A DNA stretch of 64,000 nucleotides from contig CACYHB010000004.1 of assembly GCA_902774015.1 (NCBI GenBank), forward strand, positions 20,299-84,298, in the 5' to 3' direction. Both the position numbers and the translations under genes were made by a program. Numbering within the stretch: position 1 is the stretch's first letter; each line of letters starts with the position of its first letter. The notes beneath the pieces were generated by a model. It had not been told where the DNA came from and searched no databases. It worked only from the letters and a program-made list of their open reading frames with translations. Below are positions 27,106 through 35,916 of the stretch, piece by piece. Source of the DNA: Oscillospiraceae bacterium. GTDB lineage: Bacteria; Bacillota; Clostridia; Oscillospirales; Oscillospiraceae.

Positions 27106-28408
27106 ACGCTTTCGCCTCCCCCGCTCGCTGGACGCGAAGATGCTTTACATGCTGCTGGTGAGCCTGGTCTGCGCTCTGGCCGTCTTCGCTCTGGCCTACG
27201 GCGCAGCGAACGTCGCGCTGCAGCGGCTCTACCTGAGTCCGAACGCCGTGGCCTCCCGGCAGGCGGAGTTCTACGCGGATTTCGCAGGTTACGTGAGCCT
27301 GAACGAGGTCTCGGGCCGGGACAGCGCGGCCGTCTCCCGCTGGAACGGGAAGCACGATTATGTGACGGTCAGCGTCTACACCGCCGAGGACCTGGGTCTC
27401 GACCCCCGCGCGGCCACGGGCGGGCTGGTCCGGCCCCAGTATTCCGCCGTCTACGGCAAGCTGTACCCCATGCAGTTTGCCGACGGTCTGCAGTACGTGC
27501 GCATTGAGGACAGCACCAGCATCCGGGAGGACAACGTAAACCGTATCATTGCGGTGCTGCTGGGCAGTCTCGCCTTCGTGGCGGTGATGCTCAGCTATAT
27601 CCGGCGCCTGACCAGCCGGATCATCCGCCTGTCCCGGGAGGCCGGAGCCATCGGCGCCGGGGATCTGGACGCGCCCATCACCGCCGACGGAGTGGACGAG
27701 CTGAGCCAGCTCGCATCGGAGATGGACCACATGCGCGGCGCGGTCATTGAGCGCATGTCCGGCGAGCGCCGGGCCTGGGAGGCAAACTCCGAGCTCATCA
27801 CAGCCATCTCCCATGACATCCGCACGCCCATGACGAGTCTTCTGGGCTATCTGGAGCTGCTCAACGAAAACCCCGGCGACGCCGAGCGCGGCCGGCAGTT
27901 TGCCGCCTCCGCCTACGAAAAGGCGGTGGAGCTGAAGGACCTGACAGACGAGCTCTTCAAGTATTTCCTCGTCTTCGGCCGCGCGGAGCTGCAGCTGGAC
28001 ACGGAGCGGTACGACGCCCGCCTGCTGCTGGAGCAACTTCTGGGCGAGGCGGAGTTTGACCTGACGGACGCGGGCTTCAGCGTCCGGCGTATCGAGTTTT
28101 CGGGCGAGACCGAGGTGGAGGCCGATCCCCTCTATCTCAAACGCGTACTGGATAACCTTGTATCCAACGCGCGCAAATACGCCGATCCCGCCGAGCCGCT
28201 GATGATCGTGTCCGAGCTGCGAGAAGGCGAGCTCTCCGTCACGGTCTCCAACACGGTGGCCAAAAGCGCCCCCCGCGTGGAGAGCACGAAGATCGGTCTG
28301 CGCACCTGCGAGAAGATCATGGCCGCCATGCACGGCCGTTTTGTGACGCGCCGGGAGGGCGATCATTTCGCCGCGGAGTTCACGCTCCCCGCCATGGACG
28401 AAAAATAA
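27098..28408 (+). CDS. sensor histidine kinase
   Basis: Two TM helices. H-box ITAISHDIRTPMTSLLGYLELL. N-box DNLVSNARKYA. A TTG start at 27098 overlaps the regulator stop codon; the ATG at 27140 is an alternative. Confidence 0.85.
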   Translation: MTERFRLPRSLDAKMLYMLLVSLVCALAVFALAYGAANVALQRLYLSPNAVASRQAEFYADFAGYVSLNEVSGRDSAAVSRWNGKHDYVTVSVYTAEDLGLDPRAATGGLVRPQYSAVYGKLYPMQFADGLQYVRIEDSTSIREDNVNRIIAVLLGSLAFVAVMLSYIRRLTSRIIRLSREAGAIGAGDLDAPITADGVDELSQLASEMDHMRGAVIERMSGERRAWEANSELITAISHDIRTPMTSLLGYLELLNENPGDAERGRQFAASAYEKAVELKDLTDELFKYFLVFGRAELQLDTERYDARLLLEQLLGEAEFDLTDAGFSVRRIEFSGETEVEADPLYLKRVLDNLVSNARKYADPAEPLMIVSELREGELSVTVSNTVAKSAPRVESTKIGLRTCEKIMAAMHGRFVTRREGDHFAAEFTLPAMDEK

Positions 28409-28413
28409 AGAAT

Positions 28414-28613
28414 CCCCGGAAAGCCTTCGGCTTTTCGGAGAAAAGGAAGAAGAACACAGACGGTCGAACCGGCCGCCCTCTCGGGCGGCCGGTTGACCTT
28501 GCTGTTATACTCTTTGGGCTCCCCGGAAAGCCTTCGGCTTCTCGGGGAAAAGGAAGAAGAACACAGACGGTCGAACCGGCCGCCCTCTCGGGCGGCCGGT
28601 TGACCTTGCTGTG
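28414..28613. repeat. tandem duplication (period 107 nt, two copies of about 93 nt) of a terminator module
   Basis: Copies at 28414-28506 and 28521-28613 differ at 2-3 positions. Each carries a small hairpin (CCGGAAAGCC...GGCTTTTCGG) and a strong GC hairpin, GGTCGAACCGGCCGCCC-TCTC-GGGCGGCCGGTTGACC (28462-28498 and 28569-28605). Confidence 0.9.
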
Positions 28614-28624
28614 TTCTTCTGACG

Positions 28625-29044
28625 TCAGCACCCGCAGCCGCAGCCGCAGTCGCCGCCCCCGCAGGAGCAGCCCTCGCCGTCGCTGCCGCAATTGCAGTTT
28701 CCGCTGCAGGAGCAGCCGCCCTCGCCGGGCGAGACGGGCAGCTGGCCCGTGACCAGCAGGTCCGCCGCGGTGTCCGCGTCGCCGGAATAGCCCGTCACAG
28801 GGACGATGCCGTAGCTGAGCAGCAGGGCCTTGCCCTCTCCGCCCATATTGCCGCAAATGACCGCGTCCACACCCTGCTCGCGCATCAGATCGGCCATGGC
28901 CTGGTGGCCGTGCCGATCCCCGGTCTCCACCAGGGTCTTGGTACATTCATGGACATATTCGCCGTACTCATAGATGGCAAACATGGCGCAGTGGCCGAAG
29001 TGGCCGTAGATCTCGCCGTTATCGTAAGCAACCGCAACTTTCAT
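28625..29044 (-). CDS. NifB/NifX-family (dinitrogenase Fe-Mo cofactor domain) protein with a Cys/Gly-rich tail
   Basis: MKVAVAYDNGEIYGHFGHCAMFAIYEY... The tail is GGCSCSGNCNCGSDGEGCSCGGGDCGCGCGC. Confidence 0.8.
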   Translation of the reverse strand: MKVAVAYDNGEIYGHFGHCAMFAIYEYGEYVHECTKTLVETGDRHGHQAMADLMREQGVDAVICGNMGGEGKALLLSYGIVPVTGYSGDADTAADLLVTGQLPVSPGEGGCSCSGNCNCGSDGEGCSCGGGDCGCGCGC

Positions 29045-29047
29045 GCT

Positions 29048-29887
29048 TTACTCCTCAATTTTCAGGGTGTTTTCGATCACGTCCGCCATGGGGGCGATCT
29101 CCTCGCCCGGGACGGACTCCACTTCGCCCGCGTCCACCATCGTGGCGACGACCGGGTCGATGGGCAGCCTGCAGAAATGCTCGATGCCGAAGCTCCCGGC
29201 CACGGCCTCCACCTTGCTGTCGCCGAAAATGTTGTGCTTTTCGCCGCAGTCGGGGCACTGGAAATAGCTCATGTTCTCCACGATGCCCAGCACGGGGACG
29301 TTCATCATGCCCGCCATGTTCACGGCCTTGGACACGATCATGCTCACCAGGTCCTGGGGCGTGGTGACGATCACGACGCCGTCGATGGGAAGGGACTGGA
29401 ACACGGTCAGAGGGACGTCGCCGGTGCCGGGAGGCATGTCGACGAACATATAATCCACGTCCTGCCACAGCACGTCGGTCCAGAACTGCGTCACGGCGCC
29501 CGCGATGACGGGGCCGCGCCACACCACAGGCTCGGTCTCGTTTTCGAGGATCAGGTTGATGGACATGATCTGCAGCCCGGTATGCGTAGTCACGGGGATC
29601 AGGAACTGATCGGTGCCGGTGGCGTGCTCGGTGATGCCGAAGGACTTGGGGATGGAGGGGCCGGTGATGTCCGCGTCCAGCACGGCGCAGCGGTAGCCGC
29701 GGCGCTGCATCTCGGAGGCCAGCAGGCTCGTCACCAGGGACTTGCCCACGCCGCCCTTGCCGGAGACGACGGCGACGACCTTCCTGACGCTGGAATAGGG
29801 GTTCAGGGGTTTGAGAAAGCTCTGGGGTTCAGAGCGGGAGGGGCAGTTTTCCCCGCAGCTGGAGCAGTCGTGTGTGCACTCGTTCAT
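29048..29887 (-). CDS. Mrp/NBP35-family P-loop ATPase
   Basis: Start at the ATG at 29887 (MNECTHDCSSCGENCPS). Deviant Walker A VVSGKGGVGKS. CPDCG motif. The ORF extension to 30172 lies in the divergent promoter region. Confidence 0.85.
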   Translation of the reverse strand: MNECTHDCSSCGENCPSRSEPQSFLKPLNPYSSVRKVVAVVSGKGGVGKSLVTSLLASEMQRRGYRCAVLDADITGPSIPKSFGITEHATGTDQFLIPVTTHTGLQIMSINLILENETEPVVWRGPVIAGAVTQFWTDVLWQDVDYMFVDMPPGTGDVPLTVFQSLPIDGVVIVTTPQDLVSMIVSKAVNMAGMMNVPVLGIVENMSYFQCPDCGEKHNIFGDSKVEAVAGSFGIEHFCRLPIDPVVATMVDAGEVESVPGEEIAPMADVIENTLKIEE

Positions 29888-29996
29888 ATCAAAAGGATTC
29901 CTTTCGCTGTTATAAATTGCCGTTAACAAAGTCAACACTGTTATTATACTCCTTTTCCTGCTTCTGTCAAACCCCGCGGGGAGGCGCAGCATTGAG

Positions 29997-30025
29997 TTGT
30001 CAGACGCGGATTTTTGTGGTATATT
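29997..30025 (+). promoter_or_regulatory. sigma-A type promoter for the FHA-SEDS/PBP genes
   Basis: TTGTCA (29997-30002), a 17-nt spacer, then TATATT (30020-30025), about 45 nt upstream of the ATG (GGAGGGG as ribosome-binding site). Confidence 0.55.
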
Positions 30026-30071
30026 ATAGTTTAGGTTTTTATACTTCGCCGCGGGAAGGAGGGGATCCGGC

Positions 30072-31808
30072 ATGTCTGCGACGCAGCTTTTTCTGGAATA
30101 TATGCTCAAGGCGTCGAAGTACGGGCTCATTCTGCTGAGCATTGCGATCATTGTCCGCTGTATCCGCTCCATGCTCCGCGAGAGCTATGAGCCGGAGACC
30201 TGGGCCTATATTCGCACCGGAGACGGGCGCCTGCCCATCCACCACTGGGAGGTCATTCTGGGTCGCTCCCGTTCGGCGGACGTGCGGGTGGACAAGCGGG
30301 GCGTAAGCCGCGTCCACGCCGTGCTGACACGCAACGACCACGGGGTCTGGCAGATCTACGACATTTTCGCCCGCAGCGGCGTATGGGTCAACGGCGAGCG
30401 CGTGGGCGACCGCGGCGTGCGCGTAAACGACAAGGACGTGATCAATCTCGGCGGCGTGAACGTGCGCTTTCAGGACATTCCCATGGAACGCCGGGAGAAG
30501 CTGGAGGAAAAGCGCAGCGCCCCCGGCCGGGAGGTCTCCCCCGCCGTGACGCTGCTGGAGCTGACGGTTTTCCAGCTCTTTCTGCTGATGCAGCACGCGA
30601 TGTTCGCCAAATCCGAGCAGCTGCCCACCATCGCGCTGGGCTTCATTTCCCTGATCATCATGCAGTGGAGCTGCTACAACGCCATGCGCGTCATCGGCCG
30701 CAGCGGTTTTGAGGTGGAGATTCTGGCCTTTTATCTGTCCTCTCTGGGCATGTCCGTGGCCGCCTCCTCCACACCGGACGACATGTACAAGCAGATCCTG
30801 CTGACCCTGGCGGGCGTGATCCTCTTCCTGCTCGGCGGCTGGTGGCTGCGCAGTCTCGACCGTACGGAGGCCATGCGCCTGCCCGTGGCAGCCGGTGCGC
30901 TGATGCTGCTGGCGATCAACGCGGTCTTTTCCGACGTGATCCTCGGCGCGCGCAACTGGCTCATCATCGGCGGCTACTCCTTCCAGCCCTCGGAGCTCGT
31001 GAAAGTGGCCTACGTCTATGTTGGCGCCGCCACCATGGAGCATCTGTACCGGGAAAAGAATCTGTATTCCTTCATCGCCTTTTCGGCCATGTGCGTTCTC
31101 GCCCTGGCCCTGATCGGCGACTTCGGCACGGCGCTTGTGTTCTTTGTCTGCTTTCTCATTATCTCCTACATGCGCTCCGGCTCCATCGCCACGGTGATCC
31201 TCGCCGTGTCCGGCGCCATCATCGCGGGTCTTCTCGCCGTCACCGCGCGGCCTTACATCGGCCATCGCTTCAGCATCTGGGGCCATGTGTGGGAGGACGT
31301 GTACGACAGGGGCTACCAGCAGGCGCGCGCCATGTCCGCGGCGGCAGCCGGCGGTCTCTTCGGCAAGGGCGGCGGCGCCGGATGGCTCAAGGACATCGTG
31401 GCCGGCAACACCGACATGGTCTTTGCCGTCATCTGTGAGGAGGAGGGGCTGATCATCGCCCTGTGCATGTGCCTGGCCGTGCTGACCCTGACCTTCTTTG
31501 CCATCCGCAGCGCGCGAAACGGCCGTTCGTCCTACTATGCCATCGCCGCCTGCGCCGCCATGAGCATCCTGCTGACGCAGGTCGCGCTGAACGTGTTCGG
31601 ATCGCTGGATATCCTGCCCTTCACGGGCGTCACCTTCCCCTTCGTCTCCCGCGGCGGTTCCTCGCTTTTGAGCTGCTGGATGATGATGGCCTTCATCAAG
31701 GGGGCGGACAACCGGCGTGACGCCAGCTTTGCCGTGCGTCCGGGCGAGCGGATGCAGAACGCCCCGCCGCCTGAGGACGAATTGGGAGAAGAGGAGGACG
31801 AGGTATGA
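30072..31808 (+). CDS. FHA domain fused to a SEDS (FtsW/RodA/SpoVE) peptidoglycan polymerase
   Basis: FHA signature in residues ~55-130 (ILGRSRSADVRVDKRGVSRVHAVL...GVWVNGERV). About 10 TM helices follow, with SEDS motifs (FQPSELVK, TDMVFAVICEEEGL, GVTFPFVSRGGSS). Confidence 0.85.
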   Translation: MSATQLFLEYMLKASKYGLILLSIAIIVRCIRSMLRESYEPETWAYIRTGDGRLPIHHWEVILGRSRSADVRVDKRGVSRVHAVLTRNDHGVWQIYDIFARSGVWVNGERVGDRGVRVNDKDVINLGGVNVRFQDIPMERREKLEEKRSAPGREVSPAVTLLELTVFQLFLLMQHAMFAKSEQLPTIALGFISLIIMQWSCYNAMRVIGRSGFEVEILAFYLSSLGMSVAASSTPDDMYKQILLTLAGVILFLLGGWWLRSLDRTEAMRLPVAAGALMLLAINAVFSDVILGARNWLIIGGYSFQPSELVKVAYVYVGAATMEHLYREKNLYSFIAFSAMCVLALALIGDFGTALVFFVCFLIISYMRSGSIATVILAVSGAIIAGLLAVTARPYIGHRFSIWGHVWEDVYDRGYQQARAMSAAAAGGLFGKGGGAGWLKDIVAGNTDMVFAVICEEEGLIIALCMCLAVLTLTFFAIRSARNGRSSYYAIAACAAMSILLTQVALNVFGSLDILPFTGVTFPFVSRGGSSLLSCWMMMAFIKGADNRRDASFAVRPGERMQNAPPPEDELGEEEDEV

Positions 31809-33106
31809 AAAAAATCACCCGCCGCGCCTTCTCCCTTCTGCTGCTGGCCGCCTTTGTCATCGTGGGCCTCACCGTATACGTGCTGCGCTATATCGACCAC
31901 GGCGCCGACTGGGCGCTGTACTTCAACCGCCTCAACTCCGCTTCCTCCGGCGAGCTGCTGGACCGCAACGGCGTCGTGCTGGCCGCCTTCTCCGCCAACG
32001 AAAACCGCTATGCGGAGGACGCTTTGACCCGCACCGCCAACTACCACGTGACCGGCGATTACTGGGGCCGCACCGGCACCGGCATCCTCTCCACCTACTG
32101 GAACAAGATGCAGGGCTTCAGCCTCCTCACCGGCACCACCCGCTCCTCCGCCGCCACCACGCGGCTCTTTATCGACGCAGGTCTCAACAACACGGCCTAC
32201 GCGGGTCTGAACGGCCGCAACGGCTGCGTCATGGTGGTGAACTACCAGACCGGAGAGCTTCTGTGCATGGTTTCCACTCCCTCCATCGACCCGGCCGACC
32301 CCAACGCGGAGCCTCCCGCCGGCACCTATATCAACCGTGCCCTCTCTGCGACCTTTGTCCCCGGCTCCATCTTCAAGCTCGTCACGGCTGCGGCCGCCAT
32401 CGAGAATCTCCCCAATCTGGCCGACCGCCGCTTCTACTGCGAGGGAAAGACCGTGATCGGCGGGGTGGAGATCAATTGCTCCGGCGAGCACTACACCCAG
32501 ACCTTTGAGCAGGCGCTTGCAAACTCCTGCAACGTGGCCTTCGCCAAGATCGCAACGCTGATCGGGCAGGACAAGCTGGTGGAATACGTGCGCAATTTCG
32601 GCTTTCTGGACACCCACATGCTGGGGGACATCCCCACCGCGGCGGGTACCTTCCCGCTGGAATTCGTGGGCGACCCGGAGCTGGGCTGGGCGGGCATCGG
32701 CCAGTCTACGGACACGATCAACCCCTACGCCATGCTGCGCTACGTCTCCGCCATCGCCAATCACGGCATTCTGGTGGAGCCCACCATGATCAACGACGGC
32801 AAGCGGCCCGTCAAGTCCCGCTTCCTCTCTACCGAGACCGCCGACAAGCTGCGCGAGATGATGGCCTACAACGTCAGCTACGCCTACGAGGGCGATTTTC
32901 GCTTCACCGGCCTTCCGCTCTGTGCCAAGACCGGCACCGCGGAGCTGGGCGGCGATCTGACGAGCCACGCCTGGTTCGTGGGTTTTCTGGACGATCCCGA
33001 TCACCCCTACGCCTTCGTGGTCCTGGTGGAAAACGGCGGCGGCGGTCTGACCGTGGCCTCTCCGATTGCGGAGCGGGTGCTCAGACACTGCATGAGAATG
33101 GAATAA
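31805..33106 (+). CDS. class B penicillin-binding protein (PbpA-like transpeptidase)
   Basis: TM anchor. SxxK (GSIFK), SxN (NSCN) and KTG (KTGTAE) motifs. The ATG overlaps the SEDS stop codon (ATGA). Confidence 0.85.
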   Translation: MKKITRRAFSLLLLAAFVIVGLTVYVLRYIDHGADWALYFNRLNSASSGELLDRNGVVLAAFSANENRYAEDALTRTANYHVTGDYWGRTGTGILSTYWNKMQGFSLLTGTTRSSAATTRLFIDAGLNNTAYAGLNGRNGCVMVVNYQTGELLCMVSTPSIDPADPNAEPPAGTYINRALSATFVPGSIFKLVTAAAAIENLPNLADRRFYCEGKTVIGGVEINCSGEHYTQTFEQALANSCNVAFAKIATLIGQDKLVEYVRNFGFLDTHMLGDIPTAAGTFPLEFVGDPELGWAGIGQSTDTINPYAMLRYVSAIANHGILVEPTMINDGKRPVKSRFLSTETADKLREMMAYNVSYAYEGDFRFTGLPLCAKTGTAELGGDLTSHAWFVGFLDDPDHPYAFVVLVENGGGGLTVASPIAERVLRHCMRME

Positions 33107-33150
33107 TCAGTGATGAGCGGTCACCGGCCGCTGTCCTGAAAGGATGAACA

Positions 33151-35016
33151 ATGGCAGACATCACAGTCGCCTCGCTGGTCAAATCCTTCGAGGTCGGAAA
33201 CAATATACTGGACGATCTGAGCTTCACGGTCAATCCCGGTGAGCGGGTGGGCATCCTCGGCCCCAACGGCTGCGGCAAGACCACGCTTTTCCGGATCCTG
33301 GTGCGGGAGATCGACTATGACGAGGGGCAGGTCAGCACAGCCCCCGGCAAGCGCATCGGCCTCATCTCCCAGATCCCGGTCTACCCCGAGGGCTGGACGG
33401 TGGAGGACGTGCTGCGTCAGGCGCACCGCCGCCTGACCGATATGCAGGAGCATATGGACGAGCTCGCCGAGCGTATGGAGCGCGACAGCTCCCCCGCCCT
33501 GCTGCAGGAATACGACCGTCTCAGCGCCGAATTTCAGCGCCTCGGCGGCTACACCATGGAGAGCGACCGCAACCGGGTGGCCAACGGTCTGCAGATCCCA
33601 CTGCGTCAGCGGCAGCAGCTCTTTGACTCCCTCTCCGGCGGGGAGAAAACCCGCGTAAACCTCGCCCGCCTGATCCTGGAGGACACGGATATCCTCCTGC
33701 TGGACGAGCCCACCAACCATCTGGACCTGCGCGCCACCGAGTGGCTGGAGGACTATCTGCTTCACTTCAAGGGCACGGTCCTCGCCATCAGCCATGACCG
33801 CTGGTTTCTGGACAAGGTGGTGCAGCGCTGCATCGAGATCCGGGACGGCAAGGCCGAGTTCTATTCCGGCAACTACAGCTTCTACGTGCAGGAGCGGCAG
33901 CGCCGCTTTGAGGAGAAGCTCAAGCAGTATGAAAAGGACCAGGCCAAGATCGAGCAGCTCCAGCGGGCCGCCGAGCAGATGCACCTCTGGGCCTTTATGG
34001 GAAACGACAAGCTCCACAAGCGCGCCTTTTCCATGGAAAAGCGCATTGAGAAGCTCTCGAAAAGCGAAAAGCCCACAGAGCAGAGAAAGCTTTCCGTCAA
34101 GTTCAAACAGCGGGAGTTCAACGGGGACGAGGCGCTGGTCATGGAGGGGCTGAGCAAATCCTACGGCGAAAAGCTGCTTTTCCACGATCTGTCTCTCACC
34201 GTCACCGGCGGGGAGCATATCGCCATCGTGGGCGACAACGGCACCGGCAAATCCACCCTCGTGAAGCTCATCATGTCCGAGGAGACGCCGGACGCCGGTT
34301 ACCTGTATCTGGGTCCCGCCATCCGCAGGGCCTATCTCCCCCAGATCGTTCAGTTTTCGGTGGAGGGGCGCAGCGTAGTGGACACCATGCTCTACGACTG
34401 CCGCTGCCAGCCGCAGGAGGCGCGGGACCGGCTCGCCGCCTTCGGCTTCCGGGGCGAGGACGTGTTCAAGCCCGTCGGGGCGCTCTCCGGCGGCGAAAAG
34501 AGCCGCCTGAAGCTCTGCCAGCTCATGGGCGGCGACATCAATCTCCTCATCCTGGACGAGCCCACCAACCACCTGGACATCGCCAGCCGCGAATGGATGG
34601 AGGACGCGCTCTCCGATTATGAGCAGACCCTGCTTTTCGTCTCCCATGACCGCTGGTTCATCGAAAAGTTCGCCGACCGCATCTGGGCCCTGGACCAGGG
34701 CGAGCTCACCGATTTTCGCGGCGGCTGGCGGGAGTACTGCGCCTGGAAGGAGCGGCAGGCCGTCTTCCAGCAGGCGGCGCCCAAAGCGCCGAAGAAAGAA
34801 AAAGAAAAGAAGCCTCACGTTCCCAACAGCGAAAAGCTCATCGCCAAAACCGAGCGGGAGATCGCCCGGCTGGAGGAAAAGCTCGCCGCGCTGGAGCGGG
34901 AGGCGGAGCAATATGCCAGCGACTACCAGAAGCTCATGGAGCTGGAAAGTCAAAAGGACGCATGGAACGGGGAGCTGCTGGCGCTGTATGATAAATGGGA
35001 GGAGCTGAATTCTTGA
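33151..35016 (+). CDS. ABC-F family ATPase (no transmembrane domains)
   Basis: 621 aa. Two ABC cassettes (GPNGCGKTT / LSGGEKTRV and GDNGTGKST / LSGGEKSRL), an inter-domain linker and a lysine-rich coiled-coil tail. Confidence 0.9.
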   Translation: MADITVASLVKSFEVGNNILDDLSFTVNPGERVGILGPNGCGKTTLFRILVREIDYDEGQVSTAPGKRIGLISQIPVYPEGWTVEDVLRQAHRRLTDMQEHMDELAERMERDSSPALLQEYDRLSAEFQRLGGYTMESDRNRVANGLQIPLRQRQQLFDSLSGGEKTRVNLARLILEDTDILLLDEPTNHLDLRATEWLEDYLLHFKGTVLAISHDRWFLDKVVQRCIEIRDGKAEFYSGNYSFYVQERQRRFEEKLKQYEKDQAKIEQLQRAAEQMHLWAFMGNDKLHKRAFSMEKRIEKLSKSEKPTEQRKLSVKFKQREFNGDEALVMEGLSKSYGEKLLFHDLSLTVTGGEHIAIVGDNGTGKSTLVKLIMSEETPDAGYLYLGPAIRRAYLPQIVQFSVEGRSVVDTMLYDCRCQPQEARDRLAAFGFRGEDVFKPVGALSGGEKSRLKLCQLMGGDINLLILDEPTNHLDIASREWMEDALSDYEQTLLFVSHDRWFIEKFADRIWALDQGELTDFRGGWREYCAWKERQAVFQQAAPKAPKKEKEKKPHVPNSEKLIAKTEREIARLEEKLAALEREAEQYASDYQKLMELESQKDAWNGELLALYDKWEELNS

Positions 35017-35873
35017 AGAAAAACCTTCTGCTCATTGCCGCGGCCCTGCTGATGCTCGTGGGGATCGCCGCCTACTGGCTGTTCCCGAACGCGGGGGAAC
35101 TGCCCTTCTGGATCGCGGGCCTTGCCATCGTGCTGGTGCTGCTGCATCTGCGCAAGAGCTGGATCGGCCTCTGCGCCACGCTGGGCGGCACGGCCTTCGT
35201 CCTGCGTTTTCTGCTGCGCGGTTATGCCTGGTGGGGCTACGCGCTGCTCTTTATCGCAGCGCTCATCCTCCTGCGCCGCTTCGCGCCGCCGCTCCTCTGG
35301 AAGCTCGCCGTGGCGCTGACCTGCGCGGGCCTTCTGTATTTCTGCATTGTGGAGACGCCCATCATCAAAAACGCCCGCACCGACAGAGAGCCGGAGCGGC
35401 CGTATCTGATCGTGCTGGGCGCCGCCGTCTACGGCGATCAGCCCTCGCTGACGCTGGTGCGCCGCCTGGAGGGCGCTCTGGATTACCTGAACGCTTACCC
35501 CGACAGCGTCGCCATCGTCTCCGGCGGCATGGGCAAGGGCGAGACCGTCACCGAAGGGCAGGCCATGTACGACTGGCTCGTTTCCCACGGGGTCGATCCC
35601 GCGCGGGTCCTGATCGAGGAGCGGGCGACCTCCACCATGGAAAATCTCGAATACAGCTTCGAGATCATCCGCGCCCGCGGCGACGAGCCCGCCGGGAACG
35701 TAGCCATCGTCTCCAGTGCTTACCATCTCTATCGGGCCAAATGTATGGCCGCAAAGCTCGGCGCGCCGGAGGCCGCCGGCGTCGCCGCCCCCTGGGGCTA
35801 TTTCTTCGTCATGCTCAACTATTTCATCCGCGAGGCTTTCGGTGTGACCCACCTCTGGGTCTTCGGTGAATAA
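34995..35873 (+). CDS. DUF218 (YdcF/ElyC-like) membrane protein
   Basis: N-terminal TM helices followed by YLIVLGAAVYGDQPS...IVSGGMGKGETVTEGQAM...EERATSTMENL. The true start may be the TTG at 35013, which has GGAGGAG upstream and overlaps the ABC-F stop codon. Confidence 0.8.
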   Translation: MGGAEFLKKNLLLIAAALLMLVGIAAYWLFPNAGELPFWIAGLAIVLVLLHLRKSWIGLCATLGGTAFVLRFLLRGYAWWGYALLFIAALILLRRFAPPLLWKLAVALTCAGLLYFCIVETPIIKNARTDREPERPYLIVLGAAVYGDQPSLTLVRRLEGALDYLNAYPDSVAIVSGGMGKGETVTEGQAMYDWLVSHGVDPARVLIEERATSTMENLEYSFEIIRARGDEPAGNVAIVSSAYHLYRAKCMAAKLGAPEAAGVAAPWGYFFVMLNYFIREAFGVTHLWVFGE

Positions 35874-35876
35874 GTG

Positions 35877-35910
35877 AAAGGGCTGTGCAGCTGCACAGCC
35901 CTTTTCTTAT
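35877..35910. terminator. bidirectional terminator between DUF218 and GntR
   Basis: AAGGGCTGTGCAG/CTGCACAGCCCTT perfect palindrome followed by TTCTTATTCG. Confidence 0.75.
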
Positions 35911-35916
35911 TCGTCC

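Noticed and set aside
28414-28613. Possible CRISPR array
   Set aside because: There are only two ~93-nt copies separated by 15 nt. It has no repeat-spacer periodicity and no cas genes, and each unit is itself a terminator hairpin.
28380-28946. 188-aa reverse-strand ORF spanning the tandem repeat
   Set aside because: It reads through the duplicated terminator hairpins and lies out of frame with the NifX-like gene. It is not coding.
27005-33088. Reverse-strand ORFs of 453, 415 and 517 aa
   Set aside because: They are antisense to the histidine kinase, FHA-SEDS and PBP genes and lack signatures.
33121-34953. 610-aa reverse-strand ORF
   Set aside because: It is antisense to the ABC-F gene, which has two clear Walker A and signature motifs.
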